Source: Azolla caroliniana
Taxonomy: Eukaryota > Plantae > Polypodiophyta
DNA: 64,000 nt
Direction: 5' to 3'
NCBI GenBank assembly: GCA_043228905.1
Contig: JBHGNT010000017.1
Coordinates: 13,826,001 to 13,890,000 of the forward strand
The notes below the pieces were generated by a model. The model had not been told where the DNA came from and did not search any database. It was given only the letters and a program-made list of their open reading frames with translations. The translations under genes were made by a program, and so were the position numbers. Of the stretch, positions 62,557 through 64,000 are shown in pieces (positions within the stretch are counted from its first letter, which is position 1; each line of letters opens with the position of its first letter).

Positions 62557-64000
62557 GCACACACTATCTTTGGTTTCTTATAGGTTTTGTGGGTTTCTGT
62601 GGCGCTTCGGTGTGTGTGGGTGTGCGGTGGTGTTGGTTCTCGTTGCTCGCGTCGAGCCCGTGTGCTAGGCAGTTCGTTGGTAGGTCTCTCTCCTTGTTGC
62701 GCAAGACCCTTCTCGTACTGGTTAGCCTGTGTGCTTCTCGCAGGCGGCTTGGCGACAACAGGCGCTCGTTCTGGGAGGAGGTGTGCCCTGCACAAGGATC
62801 CCGTCGTGCGAACGAGCCTTGGTGCTCCCGATCGGTCCTAGGATGCAAGCTCCCTCTTCCTCTCTATGTGAAGCCGGCACGGTAACGGCCAATGTGTACA
62901 TATATGTGTGTGTGTCCCCGGTTGGCGTAGGGTTGTGTGTGTGTGCGTGCACGAGCGCGGTTAACCGGGCCGTGACCCATGTCACTTTTGGCCCTTGTAC
63001 ATATGAACAGAAGGGCGGTAAGGATGGATGTGCGCCTTCTCATTCTGCGAATGGTCATTGGTCGTTTCTGGGGAGAAACCAGAACCGGCCGGCAAGGTTT
63101 GACCCGGGCCCAAACCGGCCGGCAGCGCAGCATGCTTAGGAGGATTTGATCCTCCCGAAACTCCACTCCTGGTCCTTGACCCCGGTGGTCCCGCCTGGAT
63201 CCAACATGCAAGCGCAAATCTCCGCGACATCTTTGGTGAACCCGACGTGAAAGGCGGCAAGGGAGGATGGAGTTGGATGCCAAAGACTTCGAGAAGGAGA
63301 GTCGAGAAGTGGCGCATCGAGATGGGCGAGGTCGAAGGAGTCGACCATTACAACGGGGACGGAGTCCCGCGAGTTCCGCCAAAGGCTCGACTGTCCGGCA
63401 TGAAGAGGAGGAGCTCCGAGCAGCTCACCGAGCGTGGCCACCTAGTCACGAGACGGAGGTGGCGTGTGACGACACGTCATCACAGCAGGAAGGGAGCGCG
63501 TGGACAAGACAGACGTGGTCGAGACGGAGGCCGATCAAGGTACGATGGTACCAGGAGGAAGAGGGTGCGGGACGAGCCGCCCTCTTTTACATGGGGAGAA
63601 AGACCGATCGGGCGAAGGTCCGGAATTGGGGAGAAGATGATCGAGGGTACGGAACGAGTCCGGCAGGATCAACATCGGAGCCAAATCCCCAGACATTGGA
63701 GAATCAAGCCCAGGCGGGGCTTGATCAATCACAGAGCGGATGCTTTCCACCGACACCACTAAAAGGGAGTCGTCGGGAGTCGTTACGAAATCAATGTCCC
63801 CACATCTCGACCGGAGACTTCGGCAGTTCGGACGGTGTGGCAACGTGAGACCGAAAGAGATGGAAGATGGAGGCGAGAGCACAGCAAGGAGAGCGACGAC
63901 GAGTCCGGGACAAGTACAAAGGACAAAGCGGAGAACGAAGACCGGTCCTATGGGTCACCTCACATGGGGCTAGAGACTCCAGCAGTCAGAATCGAATCCG
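62557..64000 (-). other. Unclassified GC-rich repeat-like sequence, possibly the LTR and 3' region of another retroelement
   Basis: LTR-like composition continuing 61292-61492; no recognisable domain in the overlapping ORFs. Confidence 0.25.

Overview
Land-plant nuclear DNA (fern-like by inference), about 70% transposon-derived. Three host genes: an intronless conserved-looking protein of unknown function (9069-9650 +), an 8-exon NOL1/NOP2/Sun RNA m5C methyltransferase assembled by hand from splice sites (12040-24582 -, 431 aa, last exon beyond an 8-kb TE-filled intron), and an intronless group-D MAP kinase kinase (26956-27966 -). Positions 31201-61281 form a five-level nest resolved by target-site duplications (TSDs): L1 LINE < copia B < solo LTR of an atypical family < Tork/Tnt1-like copia A < two younger copia elements. 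Best leads: (1) an LTR family with TATCATGA...TCACGACA termini and 4-bp TSDs, one copy carrying 13 hairpin repeats, most with a G-CUUG-C cap, downstream of its TATA box; (2) a 10-bp inverted repeat enclosing the PPT/LTR junction in four copia LTR types, with a duplicated PPT-like tract and a charged in-frame Pol tail; (3) covarying double-hairpin 54-bp LTR repeats; (4) an RT-only copia with an intact TSD but a 28-bp LTR; (5) an RTEX-like LINE. All calls come from reading the sequence; no searches or folding programs were run.
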